DNA from: Coprothermobacterota bacterium
GTDB lineage: Bacteria > Coprothermobacterota > Coprothermobacteria > Coprothermobacterales > Coprothermobacteraceae
DNA length: 64,000 nt
Direction: 5' to 3'
Assembly: GCA_036679065.1 (NCBI GenBank)
Contig: JAZIGN010000001.1
Coordinates: 96,001-160,000, forward strand
Positions within the stretch are counted from its first letter, which is position 1. The number at the start of each line of letters is the position of its first letter. Made by a program: the position numbers and the translations under genes. The notes beneath the pieces are model-generated. The model was not told where the DNA came from. It made no database searches and saw nothing but the letters and a program-made list of their open reading frames with translations. Of this stretch, positions 1-9,503 are shown in pieces.

Positions 1-1344
1 GGTAAAGAGAATTTTAAGAATGAAATAATCATAAACAGAACAAAAGCTAAACAAACCATTGAAAACCAATTTGTGCAAAAAACTGAGAGTTTATTCTTTT
101 ATACAAAAACAAACAATTCCATTTTCAACGTTGTAGAAAGAAAAATAGAACCAAAATGGTATTCTCTACTTCATTTTCCGCGCGAAGACCAGAAACCAAG
201 AATAATATTAGGCAAAAACTTTTATCCACCTAAAGGAAGAAGATGGGCGTTATCACAAGAAAGAATAAATAAACTTGTAGAAAATGGAAAAATTAGAATC
301 AATAAAAATTTGTCATATATAGATTGTTTAGGTAATAAAATAAATGGAATACCAGAATTGCTATATGATTCTGAAATTGTAGGGAATGAGTGGTTAGATA
401 TCCCAGGTTATAGTCAAATTCAACATTTTCCAACTGAAAACTCCGAAGTTCTTTTAAAGCGTGTAATAGAATCTACTTCTAAGCAAGGCGACATAGTTCT
501 TGACTTCTTCCTTGGCTCTGGCACAACCACAGCTGTTGCTCACAAGCTGGGTAGGAAGTGGATCGGTGTGGAAATGGGAGAACATTTTTGGACAGTGGTG
601 CTACCACGCATGAAAAAGGTGTTGGCTTACGACAAAAGCGGTATTTCCAAGGAAAAAGATGTTAAAGAAACATACAATGAGAAAACTGCTGGTGGGTTTT
701 TCAAGTACCAAATCCTGGAGCAGTACGAGGATGTGCTGGATAACCTGGAGCTTAGTCCCAACGACAACTACCTTAGTTTGTTTCAGGACGAGTACTTGCT
801 GAAGTACTTCTTAACCGAAGAATCGAAAAACTCTCCTTATTTGCTGCAGATCGAACAGCTCAGTAAGCCCTTTAGTTACAAACTGAAGGTGAACCTGAAG
901 GAAGTTGGTGATCCGCAGGAGTTAGTGGTTGACCTGCCTGAAACGTTTAACTACTTGCTTGGGCTTAATGTGAAGCGCATGGTCATGAAAACAATGGGCG
1001 GCGATGGAGAATCGGGCAGTGAAATTGGCGGCGCAGTGGCAACACCGCTCAATGGCAATAAGTACTTATTTGTGCTGGGTTTGGAACAAGAAAGTCAGCA
1101 GAAGGTAGCAGTGATTTGGCGTGATTGGCACAGTAAGAGTTGGAAAAAGACGGATTACGATGCCGACAGAACGTTCATTGTGGAAAGTCTTAAGGAAATT
1201 ACTGGCGAAAACCTCACGTTGAAAACTGTTTACGTGAATGGGCAGTCCACCTTGACCCACAGTGATGTGAGCGGAGCTGTCGTCATGGCCATTGAGCCCG
1301 AGTTCAAGCGACTGATGGAATCAACTGGGGTGAGTTTACCGTGA
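1..1344 (+). CDS. mod: Type III restriction-modification methyltransferase (Mod), 5' end outside window
   Basis: Frame is open from base 1 (GKENFKNEIII...). FPTENSE-LLKRVI and motif I DFFLGSGTT follow the TRD (beta-class order). Stop overlaps the res start (GTGA). Confidence 0.92.
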   Translation, partial: GKENFKNEIIINRTKAKQTIENQFVQKTESLFFYTKTNNSIFNVVERKIEPKWYSLLHFPREDQKPRIILGKNFYPPKGRRWALSQERINKLVENGKIRINKNLSYIDCLGNKINGIPELLYDSEIVGNEWLDIPGYSQIQHFPTENSEVLLKRVIESTSKQGDIVLDFFLGSGTTTAVAHKLGRKWIGVEMGEHFWTVVLPRMKKVLAYDKSGISKEKDVKETYNEKTAGGFFKYQILEQYEDVLDNLELSPNDNYLSLFQDEYLLKYFLTEESKNSPYLLQIEQLSKPFSYKLKVNLKEVGDPQELVVDLPETFNYLLGLNVKRMVMKTMGGDGESGSEIGGAVATPLNGNKYLFVLGLEQESQQKVAVIWRDWHSKSWKKTDYDADRTFIVESLKEITGENLTLKTVYVNGQSTLTHSDVSGAVVMAIEPEFKRLMESTGVSLP

Positions 1345-4300
1345 GCAATGTGGAAAAGTACTTGGTGCTGAGCAAATACTTCATGCGTGAGGTTCTCGGT
1401 GTCCCCAGTTTGAAAAATGTCCGAGAAGTGCTTCTCAGGGCGAAACCCGGTGTGGACTCCGATGGTGTTACTTACTTTTGTAGGAAGCTCATGGATGAGC
1501 TGGACACCACATTAAAAATTCAACCAGACATGCTCATGGCCTACGACAAAAACATTCAGGAATATGTGGATTACATAAACAAACGCAGAAATAATGTGTC
1601 GTTGAAGTACTTCCAGTACTTGGCGCTACTGGTTACTGAGATTTATCTGGACCGCCTTACCAATGACACGAACCGGTTTGTAAGCGACTTGAACGAGTTT
1701 TTGCACACTTACAGCAACGAAGTCAAGTTCAAAAAGGAACTAAGCAACTTCACCAGTGAAGATCTTAAGAAGCTGGCTTTCTGGATGGCAACCGGAAGTG
1801 GGAAAACACTCATCATGCACATGAATTATCTCCAGTTCATGCGTTACAAGCCATTTGAACCAAGCAACATAATTCTGCTAACTCCTAATGAAGGGCTTTC
1901 CACGCAACACCATGAAGAACTGCGCATTAGTGGCATACCGGCCACTTTGTATCACGAAAACTTGCTTGCAGCAACTGGATCCACGGTAATCCCTGGGCAA
2001 GTACTGGTCATTGAAATTACGAAGCTGAAGGAAGAGAAAAGGGGCGGCGGAGTAACGTTGCCCGTGGATGCTTTTGAAGGGCGCAATTTGGTCTTTGTGG
2101 ACGAAGGGCATAAGGGAAAGGGAAGCGAAGAGCGGGTTTGGGCACGTTTGCGAGACGCTTTGGGTTCCCATGGTTTTACGTTCGAGTACAGTGCAACTTT
2201 CGGTCAAATACTGAGTGAAAAAGATTGGACTACCATGGAGGAATACGCAAAGTCCATTGTTTTTGACTACTCTTACAAGTTTTTTTACAATGACCATTAC
2301 GGAAAAGATTTTCGGGTCATGAACGTGAAAAAGGCTCCTTCATTGGCGCAGACGGACTATTCCCGCGTCATGTTCACTGCGAACCTACTCAGTTTTTACC
2401 AACAGCTTCTCAGTTACCAGAAGAACCGGGATTTGGCTATTCTGCACAACCTGGAAAAACCACTGTGGATCTTTGTGGGAGCCACAGTTCAGGGCGAAAG
2501 TTCTGATGTGGCATTGGTTACGCGGTTCTTCCGTGAAGCGGTGGATGGAAGCTTGAAGGACGTAGCTCGGCGCATTCTGAGTGGTGATTACTTGGATGAT
2601 GAGGGAAACGATTTGTTCGGCGACCGGTTCGATGAACTTCGGAAGAATTTCATCGAACCACGGGAAATGGAAAGCGAACATGGCTCCGGTAATTGGTTGG
2701 ATGCACTGTGGGATGATCTCATGCAGCGTGTTTTTCACGGTCGGGGTTCACTGCGAGTAGTTCAGCTAAGCAACGCTCCAGGCGAATTCGGGCTACGCGT
2801 GGGGGAAAACCCATATTTCGGCCTCATAAATGTGGGACAGGACAGCGGCCTTGTAAGGGCATTGAAAAACAACGGTTTTGAATTGGAAAAAGATGTTATC
2901 ACGTCTTCCCTGTTTGAACAAATAAAGGAAACTGATTCCCGAATTAACGTGCTTCTGGGGTCGCGAAAGTTCATTGAGGGATGGGACACGTGGCGTGTTT
3001 CCTCTATGGGGCTTCTGAATATGGGGCGTGGCCAAGGTCCGCAAATCATTCAGCTTTTTGGTCGTGGCGTGCGCATCAAGGGAAAGAACATGACACTGCA
3101 AAGAAGCGGCCACCCTGACTTGAGCAATCTGGAAACGCTTTTCATTTACGGCATAAAAGCGAATTACTTGGAACAATTTCTTGAAGCCATAAGAAAAGAA
3201 GGTGTAGATTACGAAGAAATACTAGTTCCCATTCAAGCGCGGCATCAGGAAAGATGGAAAGAACTGGTTGTGCCTGTTCGCAGTACATCCAAACCGTTTG
3301 AAGAATGTGTGGTTTTGGTGTTGGGCGCTGAAGAAAACATCATGGATGACTATTATGGCGAAACAGTAGCAGGAGGAAAAGAAGAGGAACAGGAAGATGA
3401 AGAACACGGTGGGGTGGCCGGTGATAGCGGTACTACAACGGTCACACTGGATTTATCGCCGCAAATAAGTACTTATGATGGTTACCGGCCACGTGATTTG
3501 TCATCAACGACGGAAGCCATAGCAGGTGGTCAAGTTAAATTGGGAAAGGGAAGTACGTCACCATTGTTGTGGGATGAATATGCCGATTACGTGGATTGGG
3601 AAGCGGTTTTCTTGGAAATGTTGCGATTTAAGGCATCACGCGGTTACTGGAACCTGGTCTTTGACGTGGATTCCTTGAAGCGTATCTGGAAAGACAACCG
3701 CCTCACCATTTACTACCCGGGCTTCGAAGTAAGGTCCATGAAAGACGTTGCCGATTTACGGGGCGTTGTTACTCAGGGTTTGAAAAAATACGTCGATGTG
3801 TTCTACAGCAAGCAAGAACGCCATTGGAAAACGAAAAACATGAAACCAGCTACTTTGGAGGAGGCAACTGGCACAAGTAGGCAACTGAGTTTGTTCACCG
3901 TGAATGAGGAACAGCCCAGCTACTACGTGGTCAAAGTTCCCAGTGACAACAAAACTGCCATTCAAAGGCTGAACAGCCTGGTTATGAACATGACGACAAT
4001 GGTGACGACGAACACGCAGCTGAACGGTGCTGCAACCACACCTACTGGTGTTGGTGGCAATGCCACAAACAATGGCAAGAGCGATGATAACAGCAATCCC
4101 TTGTTGGTTTTAAATGAGTTGGTCATCGTGCCACTGCTCTCTCAGCGAGCACTGAATAATTTGGTCAAGAAAGCACAACAGGATGAGGACTGGGAGGCAC
4201 ATCCGGCACCGCTGAATGAAGGGGAGGAAAAATTTCTAAGGGACTTGCACCATTTCGTGAGCGAAAACGACGTACCGGGTGGCTTCACCCCATATGTGAT

Positions 4301-4760
4301 GAGGAACCAGTCCAGAACGGGAATTGGTTTTCAGCTGGAATGGGCGGGGTTTTACCCCGACTTCATTATTTGGTTGGTCAAGCCAGGTGAGCAGATCATA
4401 GTGTTTGTGGACCCACATGGCCTGGTTCACGCTCATGGTCTGGATGACGAGAAAATCAAGTTTTGCTGCAGTGGAATAAAAATCATTGAGAAGCAGCTAC
4501 GGAAAAGAATGAGGAGTAGCAAAGCTGCAACGCTGGCTCCGCCACCAGGTACTGCGCCAGTTCCGGCCAAGGTAACTCTTGACGCTTTCATCATTTCGAC
4601 GACGCCCTATGATATCCTGATCAAACAAAGGCCCGACATGGATAAACCCAAGGCCTTGTATGAACAGAAGCATGTGTTGTTCCTTGAGGATAAGAGCTGG
4701 CCAGGGAAGATGCTTACAAAAGTAGTATTTGGTGACGACAGCAGCAAAAACGTGTTGTGA
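1341..4760 (+). CDS. res: Type III restriction endonuclease subunit (Res): SF2 helicase plus PD-(D/E)xK nuclease
   Basis: MATGSGKT, VDEGH, YSATF, FIEGWD and QLFGRGVR helicase motifs; C-terminal FYPDFIIW...FVDPHG; coupled to mod. Confidence 0.9.
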   Translation: MSNVEKYLVLSKYFMREVLGVPSLKNVREVLLRAKPGVDSDGVTYFCRKLMDELDTTLKIQPDMLMAYDKNIQEYVDYINKRRNNVSLKYFQYLALLVTEIYLDRLTNDTNRFVSDLNEFLHTYSNEVKFKKELSNFTSEDLKKLAFWMATGSGKTLIMHMNYLQFMRYKPFEPSNIILLTPNEGLSTQHHEELRISGIPATLYHENLLAATGSTVIPGQVLVIEITKLKEEKRGGGVTLPVDAFEGRNLVFVDEGHKGKGSEERVWARLRDALGSHGFTFEYSATFGQILSEKDWTTMEEYAKSIVFDYSYKFFYNDHYGKDFRVMNVKKAPSLAQTDYSRVMFTANLLSFYQQLLSYQKNRDLAILHNLEKPLWIFVGATVQGESSDVALVTRFFREAVDGSLKDVARRILSGDYLDDEGNDLFGDRFDELRKNFIEPREMESEHGSGNWLDALWDDLMQRVFHGRGSLRVVQLSNAPGEFGLRVGENPYFGLINVGQDSGLVRALKNNGFELEKDVITSSLFEQIKETDSRINVLLGSRKFIEGWDTWRVSSMGLLNMGRGQGPQIIQLFGRGVRIKGKNMTLQRSGHPDLSNLETLFIYGIKANYLEQFLEAIRKEGVDYEEILVPIQARHQERWKELVVPVRSTSKPFEECVVLVLGAEENIMDDYYGETVAGGKEEEQEDEEHGGVAGDSGTTTVTLDLSPQISTYDGYRPRDLSSTTEAIAGGQVKLGKGSTSPLLWDEYADYVDWEAVFLEMLRFKASRGYWNLVFDVDSLKRIWKDNRLTIYYPGFEVRSMKDVADLRGVVTQGLKKYVDVFYSKQERHWKTKNMKPATLEEATGTSRQLSLFTVNEEQPSYYVVKVPSDNKTAIQRLNSLVMNMTTMVTTNTQLNGAATTPTGVGGNATNNGKSDDNSNPLLVLNELVIVPLLSQRALNNLVKKAQQDEDWEAHPAPLNEGEEKFLRDLHHFVSENDVPGGFTPYVMRNQSRTGIGFQLEWAGFYPDFIIWLVKPGEQIIVFVDPHGLVHAHGLDDEKIKFCCSGIKIIEKQLRKRMRSSKAATLAPPPGTAPVPAKVTLDAFIISTTPYDILIKQRPDMDKPKALYEQKHVLFLEDKSWPGKMLTKVVFGDDSSKNVL

Positions 4761-4808
4761 AGAAAAAGTTCAAAACATTTGGTAAGAAAAAGAGGAGATG
4801 AGACACAA

Positions 4809-6116
4809 ATGGCAGACAAAGACTTTAAGCCCGTGGTGTTTGTGGACAAATTCACCGAAGGGGTGTTAGATCCCAATGAGGAAATGGAGTATTTTGTTCA
4901 AGATGGCGGTTACATTGTGGCAAACACGGCTCCTGGTTGTTGGGGTCCCATGTTAACACCCAAGCTAAAAGGCGGACACGAGGTTACCAAGCCCGTCTAT
5001 GTGGAAGGGGCTGAAGTGGGAGACAGCGTAGCAATTTACATAAAAGACCTTCAAGTAACTTCCATTGCCACCTCGTCAGGCAAGGATGTGGTCATTGAGG
5101 GCAGATATGAAGGGGATCCTTTTGTGGCTAAACGATGCCCCAGTTGCGGCACGGAAAGACCCGAGACCAGAATAGAAGGTACAGGCCCAGATGCCATACG
5201 CTGTGCTGTGTGCGGTGCTGATGTGGCAGCGTTCAAGTTTGAGAACGGTTACACCATTGTGTTTGATCACGAGAAAGGTATTGGAATAACCGTATCCGAG
5301 GAAATTGCACGTGCCATTGGAGAGAATCCTCGTTACTACATGCAAACGCCTGCAAATTCTGTGCAGAATCCTGTTGTTGTGCTGGCACCGCATGATTTGG
5401 TGGGCACTGTGGCAAGAATGCGCCCATTTTTGGGACAGCTGGGTTCCACACCTTCCATTCCTTTCCCTGATTCTCACAACGCAGGTGATTTTGGCCAACT
5501 GCTTATTGGAGCAACCCATGAGTACGGCATGACCAAAGAGCAGTTGGATGAGCACAGAACCGATGGGCACATGGATGTCAACATGACCCGCAAAGGAGCT
5601 GTGGTCATTGTACCGGTAAAAGTAAAGGGCGCAGGCATTTATTTAGGCGATATGCATGCCATGCAGGGTAACGGTGAAATAGCTGGCCATACCACTGACG
5701 TTGCAGGCATTGCCACTGTGCAGGTAAAGGTTCTTAAGGGCGTCACAGTGGAAGGCCCCATCATACTGCCCAACGAGGATGATCTACCACGCATGGCAAA
5801 ACCTTTCACCGATGAAGAAATGGATGCTGCATATGTTTTAGCAGAGCAGTGGGGACAAAACCAGATTGAAGAAAATTATCCGTTGTGCTTTGTGGGAACT
5901 GGTGCTACCCTAAACGAAGCCACCGATAATGGTTTGATGCGTGCTTCAAGGTTCTTGGGTATTCCCTATGCTGAGGTATTGAACCGAGCTACCATCACCG
6001 GAGCCATTGGCATAGGTCGTCTACCCGGCGTTGCCACGGTGACATTTTTAGTTCCCATGGAGCTGCTTGATAAAAAAGGCTTGCTTGATCTTGTACAGGA
6101 TAAATACGGAGGTTAA
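4809..6116 (+). CDS. Acetamidase/formamidase family protein with CxxC...CxxC zinc-ribbon insert
   Basis: GGHEVTKPVYVEGAEVGD, GHMD and GDMHAMQGNGEIAG motifs; CPSC/CAVC; GAGGAG SD upstream of ATG 4809. Confidence 0.85.
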   Translation: MADKDFKPVVFVDKFTEGVLDPNEEMEYFVQDGGYIVANTAPGCWGPMLTPKLKGGHEVTKPVYVEGAEVGDSVAIYIKDLQVTSIATSSGKDVVIEGRYEGDPFVAKRCPSCGTERPETRIEGTGPDAIRCAVCGADVAAFKFENGYTIVFDHEKGIGITVSEEIARAIGENPRYYMQTPANSVQNPVVVLAPHDLVGTVARMRPFLGQLGSTPSIPFPDSHNAGDFGQLLIGATHEYGMTKEQLDEHRTDGHMDVNMTRKGAVVIVPVKVKGAGIYLGDMHAMQGNGEIAGHTTDVAGIATVQVKVLKGVTVEGPIILPNEDDLPRMAKPFTDEEMDAAYVLAEQWGQNQIEENYPLCFVGTGATLNEATDNGLMRASRFLGIPYAEVLNRATITGAIGIGRLPGVATVTFLVPMELLDKKGLLDLVQDKYGG

Positions 6117-6208
6117 TGCCATAGGTAATCCTCATTTGTGATGGTTTACACAGTACATGTAAGGTGGGCTGCGCGGGAGGGTTACCGCACATACACGTTT
6201 GTGAGAAG

Positions 6209-7033
6209 TTAACTACTCCGCGCAACCCATTTTATGAACTTTTCAAAGTAAATGCGCCAGTATTCCTCGCTGTGGGTAGCATCCTTATCCACTACAAAGG
6301 TGACGTTTTCACGTCCCAGCTTCTTTTGAAGAACTTCACACAGCTTCGTGTTCGTACTTAGAAATGCCAGTGCCTCCTCAGGGCGTTGCGGATCTGTTAT
6401 CTCGTTTCCGCCCACATACAGCCATACTTTTACTTTGCTTTGCAAATCAAGCCTACTGATGAATTCCACCATGCGGTCGTAGGTAAAAAGCAGGGCTGTT
6501 GAGAAAGCGCCAACTGTGGAAAACACGCTGTTGTATTTGAGCCCCATATACAGGGAAATAAGCCCGCCCAAAGAGCTTCCAGCTATCATGGTGTGCTCTG
6601 TGTCAGGTAACGTTCTGAATTCGCTGTCAATGACCGGCTTCAAAGTTTCTAAGATGAACTCTGAGTATTTGTCGCCTTCACCATCAACCAAGGTGTAATT
6701 CCAAGGATTCTCGGGTGTCTCGTAAATGCGGCACTGCCAAGGACAGTACTCATCAAGACGTCGCGTACCCACAGTGCTGCTGTCAATGCCCACCACAATA
6801 AATGCATACCTTTGGGGGTCCAGTTCAAAAAGCCTGTCCAGGGTCTGGTTTACTTCCCACGAGAACCCAGACAGCTTGCTTGGTTCAAATAAGTTTTGCC
6901 CATCATGCATGTACAAGACAGGGTAGTGCCTACCCAAGTTTACAAAGTAATCGGGTGGAAGGTAAATCCTAACGTTTCTGTCCCGGTTAAGCTGTGGCAT
7001 GTGCACGCGTATGGTCATCAGTCGCTCAGGCAT
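6209..7033 (-). CDS. Alpha/beta hydrolase, putative esterase
   Basis: YPVLYMHDGQNLF, nucleophile elbow GSSLGG and C-terminal HSE; GGAGG SD 8 nt before ATG 7033. Confidence 0.88.
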   Translation of the reverse strand: MPERLMTIRVHMPQLNRDRNVRIYLPPDYFVNLGRHYPVLYMHDGQNLFEPSKLSGFSWEVNQTLDRLFELDPQRYAFIVVGIDSSTVGTRRLDEYCPWQCRIYETPENPWNYTLVDGEGDKYSEFILETLKPVIDSEFRTLPDTEHTMIAGSSLGGLISLYMGLKYNSVFSTVGAFSTALLFTYDRMVEFISRLDLQSKVKVWLYVGGNEITDPQRPEEALAFLSTNTKLCEVLQKKLGRENVTFVVDKDATHSEEYWRIYFEKFIKWVARSS

Positions 7034-7229
7034 CTTAAGCGCCTCCATTTCCAAACTAAAGAATACGAGTCTTTCAGCTTACTCTATTGAAAAGCATATT
7101 ATCATTTCATGTTCCTCTTTGCCAGAGCGCAAGTTTTCTGTGTAAGCTAAAATATGACTAAAATATGATAAAGAATCCCAAATATTGCATTGAGTGTTGT
7201 ATTCGGGTGCAAGCGGGAGGGATGGGTAT

Positions 7230-8144
7230 ATGCCGCTATATGAAATAAAAGATGGAAAACTAAAGCCCATTAAGGAAGAAGATTTCAAGTTGGAGAAAGA
7301 CTTGCAGAAACTATGTGATGATAATCTCGAGACATTGTTTAGTTTGAAGCTGGTAAAGAGTCAATTCGCTATCGAAAACTTTAGAATCGACTCATTAGCA
7401 TTTGACGAGGAAACTAAAGCGTTTGTTGTAATTGAGTATAAAAAAGGTGAGAACTTCAGCGTTATTGACCAAGGTTACACATATTTGTCTTTGGTGCTTA
7501 ATAACAAAGCAGAGTGTGTCTTAGCGTATCAGGAAGCTTTTGGTAAGTCCTTGAGAAAAACTGAAGTGGAGTGGTCGCAGACCAGGGTAATTTTTGTTTC
7601 CCCTTATTTTACTACTTACCAGATTAACTCGATTAACTTTAAGGATTTGCCTATTGAGTTGTGGAAGGTAAAAAGGTACTCGAACAACACAGTTTTGGTA
7701 GAACAGGTTGAACCAGCCCGTGCAAATGAGTCTATAAAAGTAATTGCTAAGGAAGGCAGCACGGCGAGGCCAACGGCGCCCGAGGAAGTAAGAACATATA
7801 CTGAAGAGGACCTCTTAGCTAGGGCTTCAGAATCGACGAAAGAGCTATACGAACGACTCAAAGAACGGATTTTGCAGCTGGGAGAAGTACAGGTTAAGGC
7901 TACAAGACACTACATAGCGTTTGTTGCTTCAGGCTACTTCGCAGATGTTTTAGTTCGTAGTAAAGGTTTAAAGGTCTACCTGAATATGAAAAAGGGTGAA
8001 CTCAATGACCCGAACCGCTTAACACGAGATAAATCTAAAGTCCGCCCGGGTAGCTGGGATTACGAGATTAGCGTTGATACTGATACGGATCTCGATTACG
8101 TGATGTACTTAATCAAGCAGTCTTACGAAAGGAATAGGGCTTAG
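7230..8144 (+). CDS. NucS-like PD-(D/E)xK nuclease domain plus DUF5655-like C-terminal domain
   Basis: LEKDLQ...RIDSLAFD...VIEYKK nuclease motif; C-terminal YIAF...FAD...DYEI...LIKQSY; GGGAGG SD before ATG 7230. Confidence 0.75.
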   Translation: MPLYEIKDGKLKPIKEEDFKLEKDLQKLCDDNLETLFSLKLVKSQFAIENFRIDSLAFDEETKAFVVIEYKKGENFSVIDQGYTYLSLVLNNKAECVLAYQEAFGKSLRKTEVEWSQTRVIFVSPYFTTYQINSINFKDLPIELWKVKRYSNNTVLVEQVEPARANESIKVIAKEGSTARPTAPEEVRTYTEEDLLARASESTKELYERLKERILQLGEVQVKATRHYIAFVASGYFADVLVRSKGLKVYLNMKKGELNDPNRLTRDKSKVRPGSWDYEISVDTDTDLDYVMYLIKQSYERNRA

Positions 8145-8158
8145 CCTTTTTGTGCCTC

Positions 8159-8188
8159 TTGCTGTACAATACTATTGTTTGCTAAAAT
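8159..8188 (+). promoter_or_regulatory. Sigma70-type promoter of the rpsF operon
   Basis: TTGCTG-18 nt-TAAAAT with extended TGn. Confidence 0.55.
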
Positions 8189-8230
8189 AATTGTTTAGCA
8201 ACACATAAATGAAGGACAAAGAAAAACAAA

Positions 8231-8285
8231 CCCTGCTTTCCCAAATTCACAAGAGAAGGGGAAAGCTGCTATGACCGAAGGGAGG
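8231..8285 (+). promoter_or_regulatory. S6:S18 autoregulatory leader RNA
   Basis: GCTTTCCC/GGGAAAGC stem; CCCT can pair with AGGG of the SD; unpaired CCG just 5' of the SD; lies directly before rpsF. Confidence 0.7.
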
Positions 8286-8290
8286 ATTTT

Positions 8291-8575
8291 ATGAACAGAA
8301 AGTACGAACTCATGGTTATTTACAGGGCCGAAGATGACAACGGCTACCAAGAAGGCAACGACTGGGTTACCGAAAAGGTACAGTCGTACCAAGGGCAAGT
8401 AACTAAGTTAGACCCTTGGGGTCTTAGACGACTTGCTTATCCCATTGAAAAGCGTACACAGGCTTATTACAGCGTGTTCCAGATTGAGTTGCCTGTGGAA
8501 AACCTGGATGAATTTTCTCAGGACTTAAAGGTGGATGAGAGAATTCTCCGGTTCATGATTACAAGAGGCGAGTGA
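8291..8575 (+). CDS. rpsF: 30S ribosomal protein S6
   Basis: RKYELMVI, WGLRRLAYPIEK, ILRFMI. Confidence 0.97.
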   Translation: MNRKYELMVIYRAEDDNGYQEGNDWVTEKVQSYQGQVTKLDPWGLRRLAYPIEKRTQAYYSVFQIELPVENLDEFSQDLKVDERILRFMITRGE

Positions 8576-8578
8576 GAA

Positions 8579-9067
8579 GTGCTGAATAAAGTGCTGCTGA
8601 TCGGGCGGTTAACAGCCGATCCTGTGATTAAAGCTTTGCCCAGTGGGAAGAGAGTGGCTAATTTTACATTAGCCATTGACAACCCGGGTAAGGATCAATC
8701 GGGAGCTCCGCTCCCAGCTGATTTTATCGATTGTGTGGCCTACAGCGACAATTTGGTGCGCTTGCTGGACCTTTATGTGAGAAAGGGTCGCTTAATTTTT
8801 GCTGAAGGCCGGTTGCGCATTAGAAGTTACACCGATCGTAACGGTATAAGAAGAAGGACTTCAGAAGTTGTCCTTTCCACGATTCAGTTTTTGGATTCCA
8901 AGAAAGACGCTCAGCAAAGTTCCACTGGCGTGAGCACGGGAAGCAGTGTGAAGGGCACTGAAGATGTGGACGCCATGGACATTTTGAATGAAGTGGAATC
9001 CAAGCTGCAGGAACAGGATTCTGACGATCTGGTGGACTTGGATGAAAACTTTGACGTGCCATTTTAG
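8579..9067 (+). CDS. ssb: Single-stranded DNA-binding protein
   Basis: NKVLLIGRLTADP OB-fold start; acidic tail ending DVPF; between rpsF and rpsR. Confidence 0.97.
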   Translation: MLNKVLLIGRLTADPVIKALPSGKRVANFTLAIDNPGKDQSGAPLPADFIDCVAYSDNLVRLLDLYVRKGRLIFAEGRLRIRSYTDRNGIRRRTSEVVLSTIQFLDSKKDAQQSSTGVSTGSSVKGTEDVDAMDILNEVESKLQEQDSDDLVDLDENFDVPF

Positions 9068-9158
9068 TTTGGACAACTTCGGTGCGCTGAGCAGTTCTGA
9101 ATTGCTCGTGCAACGCACAATTGCACAATTAAGAAGATTATTCGGAGGTGAATAGGTA

Positions 9159-9383
9159 ATGCCAGTACAGAGAAAAAGAAGAATAAAACTGTGCCCACTT
9201 TGCGCAGATGGCGTAAGGGAAGTTGATTATAAGGACGTAAACCGCCTGAGAAGGTTTACTTCTGACAGAGGCAAAATTCTGCCTCGCAGAGTAACTGGGG
9301 TTTGCGCTTTTCATCAGAGGTCACTTTCTAGAGCCATTAAAAGGGCACGGGAAATGGCTCTGCTGCCTTACGTGATGCAGTAA
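9159..9383 (+). CDS. rpsR: 30S ribosomal protein S18 (Zn-binding form)
   Basis: [26 protein letters not shown]. Confidence 0.98.
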   Translation: MPVQRKRRIKLCPLCADGVREVDYKDVNRLRRFTSDRGKILPRRVTGVCAFHQRSLSRAIKRAREMALLPYVMQ

Positions 9384-9503
9384 ATGATACCCATCAGATT
9401 AAAGTGTTTTGAAGACGAAGACGAGAGCTCAGGAGTAAGGGTAGGGCTACGTAGGTGGATAATGCTCGCAGCATGCACATACATGATTGAGTAAAGGTAC
9501 TGT

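Noticed and set aside
222..230. DnaA-box-like TTATCCAC sequences (also near 6285, 27572 and 53157)
   Set aside because: Isolated and intragenic; no cluster or AT-rich unwinding element, so not oriC.
9384..9494. 36-codon ORF between rpsR and yybS
   Set aside because: No SD, no recognisable motif; cannot be supported.
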